Positions 48,092 to 57,190 of a stretch of DNA of 64,000 nucleotides are shown piece after piece. Within the stretch, counting starts at the first letter, position 1; every line of letters starts with the position of its first letter. Source of the stretch: an uncultured Spirochaetales bacterium (GTDB lineage Bacteria; Myxococcota_A; UBA9160; JAFDET01); NCBI GenBank assembly GCA_964442285.1, contig CAYTZH010000002.1:36260-100259 (forward strand), written 5' to 3'. Under the pieces are notes generated by a model. It did no database searches. It saw only the letters and a program-made list of their open reading frames with translations, and had not been told where the DNA came from. Made by a program: the position numbers and the translations under genes.

Positions 48092-49663
48092 GTGAAGGCG
48101 GACTGGTCGCGCGTCGAGCCGGCAGTCTTCCTCTCTTCTGCCGGCGTGGTGAGCGCCGTCCTGCTGTTCGGCGTCGTCGATCCCGATTCGGCCAGGCGCC
48201 TCTTCCTCGGCCTCCAGGACCGGATCGTCGAGTTCTGGGGCTGGCTCTTCGTGGCGGCGACGGCGTTCTTCCTCGTCTTCGCGCTCTGGTGCGCCCTGGG
48301 GAAGCGGGGTGGCCTCCGACTCGGGCCCGAGGGCGAGCCGCCCGCGTTCGCCCTCCGCTCCTGGTTCGCCATGCTCTTCAGCGCGGGCATGGGCATCGGT
48401 ATCATGTTCTACGGCGTCGCCGAGCCGGTGCTGCACTACGCGAGTCCGCCCGCCGGCGAGAGCGGGACGCCCGCCGCCGCCCGCCAGGCCATGACCCTCA
48501 CCTTCTTCCACTGGGGCCTCCACGCCTGGGGCGTCTATGCGGTGATGGGGCTCGCCATCGCCTACTTCGGTCATCGACAGGGCCTGCCGCTGGCGATCCG
48601 CTCGACGCTGCACCCTCTCCTCGGCGACCGGATCCACGGCTGGCTCGGCCATGCGGTCGACGTCTTCGCCGTGTTCGGGACGTTGTTCGGGCTGGCGACG
48701 TCGCTCGGCCTCGGCGCGATCCAGATCAATGCGGGCCTGGGGCGCCTCGTCGGCGCGCCCGAGACGGCGGGCGTGCAGGTGGCCCTGATCGCCGTGATCA
48801 CCGCGGGCGCCACGACTTCCGTGGTGCTCGGCCTCGACAAGGGGATCCGCCGGCTCTCCGAGCTGAACGTCGGTCTGGCGGCCGTGCTCTTCCTCTTCGT
48901 GGCTGCAGCCGGACCCACCCTGGCGGTGGCGCAGCGCCTTCCCGGCAGCCTGGTGGACTACGCGGTGGGGCTCGTCCCGTTGAGCGTCGGCTACACGCAG
49001 TCCGGAAGCGACGACTGGCAGAAGTCGTGGACCCTCTTCTACTGGGCGTGGTGGATCGCCTGGTCCCCGTTCGTCGGGATGTTCATCGCGCGGATCTCCC
49101 GGGGAAGGACGGTGCGGGAGTTCGTGCTCGGCGTGCTCATCGTTCCCACGCTGGTGAGCTTCTGCTGGTTCGGCGTGTTCGGGGGGGCCGCCCTGGAACT
49201 CGACCTCCAGCGTCCCGGGATCGCCGCCGCCGTGCAGGCAGACATCTCCACCGGGATCTACGCACTTCTGGATCGCCTGCCCCTGGCCCGGGTGACCTCC
49301 CTGCTCGCGGCGTTGGTGGTGGCGATCTTCTTCGTGACCTCCTCGGACTCGGGCTCGTTCGTGGTCGACATGCTCACATCCGGCGGCCACCCGAACCCGC
49401 CGGTGTGGCAGCGCGTCTTCTGGGCCGTGAGCGAGGGCGCCGTGGCGGCCACGCTGCTCGTGAGCGGGGGGCTCGCCGCGCTCCAGTCCGCCGCCATCAA
49501 TACCGGCCTGCCGTTCTGCCTGATCCTGGTGGCCGCGTGCTTCGGGCTCGGCCGCGCGCTGCTGCGGGAGGAGAAGGCCCCCCGCCAGCGGGGAGGAGAA
49601 GGCCCCCCGCTAACGGGGAGGGGAGGCACCCCGCTGGCGGGTAGGGAAGGCCCCGCGCGCTAG
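48092..49663 (+). CDS. BCCT-family (betaine/carnitine/choline) transporter
   Basis: FSAGMGIGIMFYGVAEP, WTLFYWAWWIAWSPFVGMFIARISRGRT (BCCT signature). 12-TM-type hydrophobicity. GTG start. Confidence 0.9.
   Translation: MKADWSRVEPAVFLSSAGVVSAVLLFGVVDPDSARRLFLGLQDRIVEFWGWLFVAATAFFLVFALWCALGKRGGLRLGPEGEPPAFALRSWFAMLFSAGMGIGIMFYGVAEPVLHYASPPAGESGTPAAARQAMTLTFFHWGLHAWGVYAVMGLAIAYFGHRQGLPLAIRSTLHPLLGDRIHGWLGHAVDVFAVFGTLFGLATSLGLGAIQINAGLGRLVGAPETAGVQVALIAVITAGATTSVVLGLDKGIRRLSELNVGLAAVLFLFVAAAGPTLAVAQRLPGSLVDYAVGLVPLSVGYTQSGSDDWQKSWTLFYWAWWIAWSPFVGMFIARISRGRTVREFVLGVLIVPTLVSFCWFGVFGGAALELDLQRPGIAAAVQADISTGIYALLDRLPLARVTSLLAALVVAIFFVTSSDSGSFVVDMLTSGGHPNPPVWQRVFWAVSEGAVAATLLVSGGLAALQSAAINTGLPFCLILVAACFGLGRALLREEKAPRQRGGEGPPLTGRGGTPLAGREGPAR
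49566..49663. repeat. Four degenerate tandem copies of a 24-25 bp G-rich unit at the 3' end of the BCCT gene
   Basis: Units at 49566, 49590, 49615 and 49639. The first two share the identical 20-mer GGGAGGAGAAGGCCCCCCGC. Each unit can form a CCCCG-N4-CGGGG mini-hairpin. Confidence 0.7.
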
Positions 49664-51729
49664 CGGATGTAGCCGAGCTCGCGGAGGCGCTGCCGCGCGG
49701 CTTCGTCGAGGGCCGGGGTGTCGGAGGCGTCGGCGCGCGCGGCCCAGCGCTCGAGGTCTTCACGGAGCGCGTTCGCGGTGTCCGCCCGCGACGCGGCGAG
49801 ATCGTCCTCCTCCTGCGGATCGCGGGCGAGGTCGTAGAGCTCGCTCCCCCCGTCGGCGTGCAGGATCAGCTTCTCGGAGCCCGCAAACACGGCCCGGGCG
49901 CGCGGCCCCTCGTCGGCGAAGGACTCGGCGTAGAGCGGACGATCGGCCGGCGGCCCGGCGAGGCTTCTTCCCTCGGCGTCGGGCTCCGGCGGCAGCCCGA
50001 GCACGTCGAGCACCGTGGGCAGCAGGTCCAGGCCGCTCGCCCGGTCGGTCCGCACCCGCCCGGTCCGCTGCTGCGGGAGCTTGACGAGCAGCGGGACCGC
50101 CACCACGTCCTGATAGACCGACTGCCCGTGCCCGAAGGCGGGCCGCGCCCCGAATCCGGGCTCCCCGAAGGAGGTGCCGTGGTCCGACGTGATCAGGATC
50201 AGGCTGCGATCGAACAGCTCCAGCCCCGCGAGGTGCCGGAAGAGCCGCCCGAGCTCGGCGTCCATGTAGGCGATGGCCCCGTCGTACTGGGAGGCGATGT
50301 GTGCGCGATCCCGCTCGGAGACCGTGGCGCCCTTCGGTACGCCGAGGAGCAGTCGGCTCCAGTCGCGCTGCATGTCGAAGCCCTCGTCGCGGCCGGGAAA
50401 GCGCGTATCGAAGGGCGGGGGCGGATGCAGGGGCCGGTGCGCGTCCATGTAGTTCACGAACAGGAGGAAGGGGGACCCAGCCAGGTGGTCGAGCAGCACC
50501 ACGGCCTCGTCGGTGATCTCGCCGGCGTCGCGCCAGCGCCAGCTCGCCCGCTCGGGAAAGAAGCGGCGGCGGATCCAGCGCCGAGGCAGCTCGCGCAGGT
50601 ACCAGCTGGGGACGCGCAGGAAGGGTGAGGTCCCGCAGCGGGCGTCGTAGTAGGCGAAGCCCTGGGCCATGCCGTGGCTCTCCGCCAGCCAGCCGCAGTT
50701 CGCGAGTACGGCGGCCGTCGCGAGGCCGCTCCCGCCGAGGATCTCGGCGAGGGTGCGCGCCTCGTCGGGGAGCACGCCGCTCTTGGTGTGCGCGCGGTGA
50801 CGCGAGACGTGCTGGCCTGTGAACATCGAGGCGTGGCTCGGCAGGGTGAAATCGCCCGGCATGATCGCCTCGCGGAACACGGTGGCGCCCTCGGCGAATC
50901 GGCGGAGCTGCGGATCGGTGTCGCGGGCGTAGCCGTAGAGCGAGAGGTGATCGGCCCGCACCGTGTCGAGCACCACCAGCACCACGGGGGTCTCGGAGGC
51001 CGGCGGGCGCCCCGGCGGCGCGGGGAGCGCCGGCCGAACGCTCCGCCCGGTTCCGGCGCACAGCGCGAGGACGAGGGCGGTGGTCGGGATCAGGAGCCAG
51101 CGGCGCGGGGAGGCGACGCGCTGGAGCAGGGCGGCCCCGAGCCCGAGCGCGAAGGCCAGCCCGGCGGCCGCCGCCGCCGTGACGCCGAGGGGGAGTTCGC
51201 CCACCCCCGGCAGGCGCGGAAGGTCCCGGGTCAGCCAGACCAGGCCGAGCAGCAGGCCGAGCGCGGCCCACGGGTGGAGGGCGGCGCGAAGGCCGCGCGG
51301 TGCCCGCGCGCCGTCGAGCATCGCCCAGGCCAGGACGATCAGCGGCGGAAGGCCGAGGCTGGCCATCCCGGTCCGTCCGAGATAGGGCACGCGCCCGGCC
51401 TGGATCGACACCAGGAAGTGGATCGCGAAGCCGGCCATCGCCGTCCACGCCGCGACGGCGAGGGCGAGCGATCGCGCCCGACGGGCGGGGAGCTGTCGCT
51501 CCAGGGGCGCCAGCGCGGCGCCCACCAGGCTTCCGAGGACGGCTCCCACGCCGCCGTAGAGCACCAGCAGCCCGGCGCTGACGCGCCAGTCCAGCAGGAA
51601 CTCGCGGTCCGCCGCCCGGGCGAGCGCCCCCGGCACGACGGCCACCGCGACGGCTTCCCAGAGTCCGAGGACGAGCCAGGCGAGGGCGGTCTCCCGCACG
51701 TACGAGGGCCGACGATCGACGCCGCTCAC
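49660..51729 (-). CDS. Polytopic membrane sulfatase-like hydrolase/transferase (Thr-type)
   Basis: About 8 N-terminal TM helices. VVLVVLDTVRADHLSLYGY, DFTLPSHASMFTG, TSDHGTSFGEPG. C-terminal LRELGYIR. GTG start overlaps the upstream stop (GTGA). Confidence 0.85.
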   Translation of the reverse strand: MSGVDRRPSYVRETALAWLVLGLWEAVAVAVVPGALARAADREFLLDWRVSAGLLVLYGGVGAVLGSLVGAALAPLERQLPARRARSLALAVAAWTAMAGFAIHFLVSIQAGRVPYLGRTGMASLGLPPLIVLAWAMLDGARAPRGLRAALHPWAALGLLLGLVWLTRDLPRLPGVGELPLGVTAAAAAGLAFALGLGAALLQRVASPRRWLLIPTTALVLALCAGTGRSVRPALPAPPGRPPASETPVVLVVLDTVRADHLSLYGYARDTDPQLRRFAEGATVFREAIMPGDFTLPSHASMFTGQHVSRHRAHTKSGVLPDEARTLAEILGGSGLATAAVLANCGWLAESHGMAQGFAYYDARCGTSPFLRVPSWYLRELPRRWIRRRFFPERASWRWRDAGEITDEAVVLLDHLAGSPFLLFVNYMDAHRPLHPPPPFDTRFPGRDEGFDMQRDWSRLLLGVPKGATVSERDRAHIASQYDGAIAYMDAELGRLFRHLAGLELFDRSLILITSDHGTSFGEPGFGARPAFGHGQSVYQDVVAVPLLVKLPQQRTGRVRTDRASGLDLLPTVLDVLGLPPEPDAEGRSLAGPPADRPLYAESFADEGPRARAVFAGSEKLILHADGGSELYDLARDPQEEDDLAASRADTANALREDLERWAARADASDTPALDEAARQRLRELGYIR

Positions 51730-53105
51730 GGCAGGTAGCCGAGCTGCCGCAGGCGCTCCTGCTCGGCCGCATCGGGGGCGAGCACTTCTCCGGCGGCCAG
51801 CGCGCGGGCGGCCTCCTTCTGGACGGCGTGGAAGCGCCGGGCCGTCTCGGTGAGGCGCGCCACTCGCTCCGGGTGCTCGCCCGCGCGATCCTGCTGCTGG
51901 TGGGGGTCGGAGGCGTCCTCGAAGAGGGCGGGCTCGCCGGTCTGGTTCACCAGCACGAAGCCCTGCGCGCGGACGCTCACGCGGGACGGCTTGCCGAAGT
52001 GGTTGAAGAAGACGGGCCTCGCCTCCACGGTCCCGCCGGTGAGCAGCGGCAGGAGCGACCTCCCCTGGACGCCGGCCGGTGCGGGCACGCCGACGCCCGC
52101 CAGGAGGGTGGGCATCACGTCCACGTGGGCGACGGGCAGGGGGATTCGCGCGGGCGAGAGCCCCAGGGAGGTCGGGGCGCGTATCAGCAGCGGCACCCGG
52201 GCCGTGTGATCGTAGGCCTGGCCGTGCAGCATCTTGCCGTGCTCCAGGAACTCCTCGCCGTGGTCGGCGGTGATCGCGATCCAGCTCGCCTCGCGCAGGC
52301 CTTCCCGACCGAGCGTCTCGAGCAGCGCGCCGATGCGGTCGTCCAGGTAGCGGATGCCCGCGGCGTAGAGGCGGCGGGTCCAGTCGAGCTCCACCTCGGA
52401 GAGGGTCGCCTCGCCGCGCTTCACGGCGAGCAGGAGCCGGGAGGCACAGAGGTTGCCGCGGCAGCCGTCGAAGCCGTCGACGGCGTCGGGGATCCCGGTC
52501 CGGAAGGGCGCGGGCGGGTCATAGGGCCGGCGCTCCCAGTCCGAGTGCGCGTCGTAGTAGTGCAGGAAGAGGAAGAGCGGCCGGCTGCGGTCGCGTCCCG
52601 GCAGCCAGGCCTGCAGCCGGGCGTGTAGGGCGTCCGCATCGCCGTAGGCGGCATCGAAGTGGTCGAAGCCCTGCGCGAAGCCCTTCTCGGCGCTCAGGTA
52701 GTCGCCGTGGGTGACGAAGCCGGCGGTCTCGTAGCCGGCGGCGGCGAGGACCTCCGCCAGGGTGACGGCGGCGTCGCCCAGGGGGCGCTCCGGGCGGGCC
52801 CCGTGGGCGACGGGATGCAGCGAGGTCAGCAGGCTGGCGTGGGCGACCAGGGTGTTGGGTGAGTGGGTGAAGGCCCGCTCGAAGACGAACGACTCGTCCG
52901 CCAGGGCGTCGAGCCGCGGACTGAGGTCGTCGCCGTCGCCGTAACATCCCAGATGGTCGGCCCGGACCGTGTCGAGGGAGACCAGGATCACGTTCGCGCC
53001 GGCAGCGACCGGCTCCGGCCGCGGCGCTTCGCCGCAGGCGAGGAGCAGGAGGCAGGCCGCTCCCGCGAGGGAGCCGCGGGTGGCGCGGAGACGGCGTCGG
53101 GCCAT
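51726..53105 (-). CDS. Sulfatase-like lipoprotein (Thr-type)
   Basis: Lipobox LLLLACG. NVILVSLDTVRADHLGCYG, SPNTLVAHASLLTS, TADHGEEFLEHG. C-terminal LRQLGYLP. Confidence 0.85.
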   Translation of the reverse strand: MARRRLRATRGSLAGAACLLLLACGEAPRPEPVAAGANVILVSLDTVRADHLGCYGDGDDLSPRLDALADESFVFERAFTHSPNTLVAHASLLTSLHPVAHGARPERPLGDAAVTLAEVLAAAGYETAGFVTHGDYLSAEKGFAQGFDHFDAAYGDADALHARLQAWLPGRDRSRPLFLFLHYYDAHSDWERRPYDPPAPFRTGIPDAVDGFDGCRGNLCASRLLLAVKRGEATLSEVELDWTRRLYAAGIRYLDDRIGALLETLGREGLREASWIAITADHGEEFLEHGKMLHGQAYDHTARVPLLIRAPTSLGLSPARIPLPVAHVDVMPTLLAGVGVPAPAGVQGRSLLPLLTGGTVEARPVFFNHFGKPSRVSVRAQGFVLVNQTGEPALFEDASDPHQQQDRAGEHPERVARLTETARRFHAVQKEAARALAAGEVLAPDAAEQERLRQLGYLP

Positions 53106-53188
53106 GGCGCCGGAGTCTATCGACTCGCTCCGCGCGTGACAGGGCGGCACAGCAGAGCGTACACTGCCCGGGTGCGCGGGAGGTCTCC

Positions 53189-54151
53189 GTGAACGGGCCT
53201 TGCGAATCCGGGCTGCGGGTCCTTCGCGGTGCGGAGCGGATCTTCGCCGTGGCGGCGTTTCCCGCGCTGCTGGCGGCGACCACCTGGCTCGGGCTCGCGC
53301 TGATGGACGCCGGCGTCGAGCCCGCACTGTCCATCGGCCCGCCCATTGCCCTGGCCTACCTGTTCCTGGCCGTGTCCGAACGGCTGCTCCCCTGGCACCG
53401 GAGCTGGCTGCACTCCCAGGGAGACCTGCGCACCGACGTCGCGCTCCTGGTCACGAACGGGGTCATGAACGCAACCGCCACCCCAGCGGTGCTGATCGGC
53501 GCTACGGCGCTGGGCGCGGTCCTGGCGGAGCGGTGGGGCTTCGGTCTCTGGCCGGGGCAATGGCCGATCCTCCTGCAGATGGCGCTCGCGCTGGTCGTCG
53601 CCGAGCTCGTGGAGTACGGCTTCCACCGCGCCATGCACGAGGTGCCATGGCTCTGGCGCTTCCACGCCACGCATCACAGCGCCCCGCGCCTCTACTGGCT
53701 GAACGCGGCCCGCTTCCACCCGATCGACCTCTTCCTGGTGGGCAGCCTGAAGCTCGTCCCGCTGGTGCTTCTCGGCGCCGGGGCGCCGGTGCTGGCGCTG
53801 GTGAACCTCTTCTCCGGCGTCCACGGCTCCTTTCAGCACGCCAACGTGCCGGTCCGGATCGGGCCGCTGAACTGGATCTTCAGCATGAGCGAGCTCCACC
53901 GTTGGCACCATGCGCCGTCCCCCGAGCTGGCCAATCACAACTACGGGGGGAACCTGATCGTATGGGACGTCGTCTTCGGGACGCGCTTCCTTCCCGCAGA
54001 CCGCGAGCCGCCCGAGGAGATCGGCATCGAGTCCCTGCCCCGCTTCCCCATGGGCTGGTGGGCCAACCTCGCCGCGCCCTTCCGCTGGCGACGGGTCGTG
54101 GCCGAGTCGAGCGCGTCGAGGCCCGTCACGGAGGCGCAGCTCTCCGCCTAG
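53189..54151 (+). CDS. Fatty acid hydroxylase/sterol desaturase superfamily membrane protein
   Basis: Histidine boxes HRAMH, HATHH, HRWHH. Multiple TM helices. GGGAGG RBS with a GTG start. Confidence 0.85.
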   Translation: MNGPCESGLRVLRGAERIFAVAAFPALLAATTWLGLALMDAGVEPALSIGPPIALAYLFLAVSERLLPWHRSWLHSQGDLRTDVALLVTNGVMNATATPAVLIGATALGAVLAERWGFGLWPGQWPILLQMALALVVAELVEYGFHRAMHEVPWLWRFHATHHSAPRLYWLNAARFHPIDLFLVGSLKLVPLVLLGAGAPVLALVNLFSGVHGSFQHANVPVRIGPLNWIFSMSELHRWHHAPSPELANHNYGGNLIVWDVVFGTRFLPADREPPEEIGIESLPRFPMGWWANLAAPFRWRRVVAESSASRPVTEAQLSA

Positions 54152-54254
54152 TGGACCGGCGCGCCGGTGGGTTCGGAGCCGCTTCCGGTTCGCCGCCCCG
54201 GTGCGCGCGGCGATGGGGTAGGATGCCGGCTCCTCCAACGAGCCCAGCTGAGCC

Positions 54255-56507
54255 ATGCCGAAGATGTCCCGACGCTCCCGATCCGCACGACTCCTGCTCC
54301 TCGCCACCGTCGCCCTGGGTCTGCAGGCCTGCTACGACGGCCGCCCGGTATACGACGTGGCCAACCGCTGCTACGCCGTCGGCGCCCTGCAGCCCGGCCG
54401 CTTCCTGCCGCAGATGCTCACGCCCGACGAGGTCGGCGACGGCTACGCCTTCGAGCGGCGCTGGCCCTGGCGGGCCACCCCGTTCTTCCTGAAGCCCTCG
54501 CGCCTGGGCGCGTATCTCTTCTACGACGACGCCGGCTCCTATCTGGTGTCGGACGGCATCGGGCTCCAGCGCGCCGACCAGCTGCTCTCCGACGTGCTGC
54601 TGGTCGACGACGGCTTCGAGTCCGACGCGGAGTGGGAGCTCGAGGCGATGGGGCGCCAGCGCTGGGCCCCGCTGCGCCTGCGCCATCGCAAGACGGGTGG
54701 CTACCTGACCCTCGACGGGCTCAGCGCCGACCCCGAGGATGCGGCTCACCTGGTGCTGCTGCCGCGAAAGGGCTGTGCGGCCTTCCCCGAGGTGAGCGTC
54801 GACGCCGAGGGGCGGGTGGAGGCGGTGGAGTTCGAGGACGGCTCGCTCTTCGGCATCGTCGACACCCACTCCCACATCCTGTCGAACCTGTCCTTCGGTG
54901 GCGGCGGCATCTTCCACGGCGCGCCGTTCCACCCGCTGGGGATCGAGCACGCCCTCTCGGACTGTGCCCTCTTCCACGGGGTCGACGGCCGCAAGGATCT
55001 CTTTGGCTTCGCCTTCGACAACCAGGACGCAGACCTCACGAGCCTGCTGATCGCCCTGATCCTCGGGGAGCTGCCGGAGCCCAACCACGCCACCGCCGGG
55101 TGGCCCGACTTCACCGACTGGCCCGCGGCTCCGGAGAGCTCGACCCACCAGACCCAGTACTACAAGTGGCTCGAGCGGGCCTACCTGGGCGGCCTGCGCC
55201 TGGTGGTGCAGCACGCCACCAGCAACCAGATCATCTGCGACCTCATCGTCGGCCTGAACGTCCAGCCCGTCCGCTACGCCTGCAACGACATGGTGGCCGT
55301 CGACCGGATCCTCGAGGCGACCTACGAGATGCAGGACTACATCGACGCCCAGGAGGGCGGGCCCGGGAAGGGCTGGTTCCGGATCGTGTTCTCGCCCGAG
55401 GAGGCGCGCCGGGTGATCCGCCGCGGCAAGATGGCGGTGATCCTGGGGATCGAGACGTCGAACCTCTTCGACTGCTTCCTGGTCCCGCCGCCCGGCGTTC
55501 CCGCCTGCACCGCGGAGGACGTGATCGAGAAGCTCGACTACTACCACGAGCTCGGGGTCCGCGCGATGTTCCCCGTGCACAAGTTCGACAACGCCTTCTC
55601 GGCCGGCGACGGTCAGAAGCTCTTCATCGAGCTCGGCAACTTCATCCAGACCGGCCACAACTCGAACTACACGGCCGACTGCCCGGACCTCCCGAGCGTC
55701 TTCGACAAGGGCGTGGCGGCCTTCCCGAGCCTGATCCAGGTGCGGGACGACTACTTCGCGCCGCCGCCGAACGATTTCAGCAACTTCGCCCAGGATCCCG
55801 TCGGCTCGCTGCTGCCGTTCCTCGGCGTGCTGCTGGACCCGCCGGGCACCGAGGAGGTCTGCCAGGCCGCTGGCCTGACGTTCCTGGGCGAGCTCCTCAT
55901 GGGGGAGATGATCAAGCGTGGCATGATCATCGAGCTCGATCACATGCCGCGTCGCGCCTACCGGCGCGCCTTCGAGATCCTGGAGGCCCACGACTACCCG
56001 GCGGCGGGCACCCACGGGCTGAACAACCGCGGCGCGCTCTATCGCCTCGGGGGGGTGTCGAAGACGGGCCTCGGCCGCTGCCAGGTGGCGGGCCGGCCCG
56101 GCAGCATGGACGACGGGCTGCAGGGGCGGGTCCAGCTGATCGAACAGAACGGCGGCTTTCCGGCGGAGGGCTTCGGCTTCGACCTGAACGGCTTCGCCGG
56201 CGCGCCGGGGCCGCGCTTCGGGCCGGACAGCGGCTGCTCGGATCCCCAGTCCAACCCGGTCACCTATCCGTTCCGATCCTACGCGGGTGACGTGGACTTC
56301 GAGCAGCCCCGGCTGGGCAACCGGGTCGTGGACTTCAACACGGAGGGCCTGGTGCACATCGGCCTGCTGCCGGAGCTGATCGAAGACGCCCGTCTGGACG
56401 GCGTGACGGACGCGGACCTGGAGCCGCTCTTCAAGTCGGCGGAGGGCTACCTCCGGATGTGGGAGAAGGCCGAGCGTCGGGCTCGGGCGCTTCGTCGACG
56501 GGAGTGA
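54255..56507 (+). CDS. Lipoprotein with N-terminal beta-rich domain and membrane-dipeptidase (M19/COG2355)-like TIM-barrel
   Basis: Lipobox ALGLQAC. GIVDTHSHI, MAVILGIETSNLFD, ELGVRAMFPVHKFDNAF, MIKRGMIIELDHMP. Confidence 0.7.
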   Translation: MPKMSRRSRSARLLLLATVALGLQACYDGRPVYDVANRCYAVGALQPGRFLPQMLTPDEVGDGYAFERRWPWRATPFFLKPSRLGAYLFYDDAGSYLVSDGIGLQRADQLLSDVLLVDDGFESDAEWELEAMGRQRWAPLRLRHRKTGGYLTLDGLSADPEDAAHLVLLPRKGCAAFPEVSVDAEGRVEAVEFEDGSLFGIVDTHSHILSNLSFGGGGIFHGAPFHPLGIEHALSDCALFHGVDGRKDLFGFAFDNQDADLTSLLIALILGELPEPNHATAGWPDFTDWPAAPESSTHQTQYYKWLERAYLGGLRLVVQHATSNQIICDLIVGLNVQPVRYACNDMVAVDRILEATYEMQDYIDAQEGGPGKGWFRIVFSPEEARRVIRRGKMAVILGIETSNLFDCFLVPPPGVPACTAEDVIEKLDYYHELGVRAMFPVHKFDNAFSAGDGQKLFIELGNFIQTGHNSNYTADCPDLPSVFDKGVAAFPSLIQVRDDYFAPPPNDFSNFAQDPVGSLLPFLGVLLDPPGTEEVCQAAGLTFLGELLMGEMIKRGMIIELDHMPRRAYRRAFEILEAHDYPAAGTHGLNNRGALYRLGGVSKTGLGRCQVAGRPGSMDDGLQGRVQLIEQNGGFPAEGFGFDLNGFAGAPGPRFGPDSGCSDPQSNPVTYPFRSYAGDVDFEQPRLGNRVVDFNTEGLVHIGLLPELIEDARLDGVTDADLEPLFKSAEGYLRMWEKAERRARALRRRE

Positions 56508-56970
56508 ACGAGTCCCAGAGCAGCACCACGGCGCCCACGACGATCGCGCTGTCGGCGACGTTGAAGGTCGGCCACGAGTAGCCCCCCCAGAGGAAGACGT
56601 CGATCCAGTCGACGACGCCGCCGTAGGCCAGGCGGTCGAAGAGATTGCCGACGGCGCCGCCGAGCACCATCCCCAGGGCCAGCGGCCCGCGCCGCTGCTC
56701 GGGCTCGAGGCGCCGGTAGAACACGAAGACCATCCCGATCCCGAGGGTCGCCACGCCCACGTGCAGGAACATCCGCTGGGCCCAGGGGGCGTCGGCCATG
56801 AAGCTGAAGGCACCGCCGGGGTTGCGCACGTGGAAGAGGTGGAAGAGCTCGGGGATCACCACCACACGCTCGCCGTACGCCAGGGTGGCGGCGATCGACT
56901 GCTTCGTGCCCTGGTCGAGCAGGAGCGCCAGGAGGAAGGCCGTGAGGAAGTAGCGCAGGCGGGGCGTCAT
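56431..56970 (-). CDS. lspA: Lipoprotein signal peptidase II
   Basis: DQGTKQ, FHVRNPGGAFSF, GGAVGNLFDRL, VVDWIDV, FNVADSAIVVGAVVLL. A long C-terminal tail overlaps the convergent gene by 77 nt. Confidence 0.85.
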   Translation of the reverse strand: MTPRLRYFLTAFLLALLLDQGTKQSIAATLAYGERVVVIPELFHLFHVRNPGGAFSFMADAPWAQRMFLHVGVATLGIGMVFVFYRRLEPEQRRGPLALGMVLGGAVGNLFDRLAYGGVVDWIDVFLWGGYSWPTFNVADSAIVVGAVVLLWDSFTPVDEAPEPDARPSPTSGGSPPPT

Positions 56971-57190
56971 GCGCCGAGGATGGCGTCGAGCACCCGCTCC
57001 ATCAAGGCGCCGCCCACCCAGCCGCCGACGGGGATGAGCAGCAGGGCCGCAGCCCGAAGCAGGGCGCCGTTGGCGATGGCGCCGTAGGTGGCCACGCAGA
57101 AGGGGACGAGATGGGTGAGCGAGCCATCGGACCATCATATCGACAACCCGTCTTGACGTCGCCGGGGGCGCCGTGTTACTCGCTTCTCCC

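Noticed and set aside
49566-49663. Tandem repeats as a CRISPR array
   Set aside because: The units are contiguous with no spacers, are degenerate, lie inside a coding region, and no cas genes are present.
56967-57095. Possible 42-aa hydrophobic small ORF (GTG start; VATYGAIANGALLRAAALLLIPVGGWVGGALMERVLDAILGA*) whose stop overlaps the lspA ATG as ATGA
   Set aside because: It has good GC3 bias and an ATGA junction, but no Shine-Dalgarno, an upstream in-frame TGA that limits it to a very short peptide, and no recognisable family. Too weak to call as a feature.
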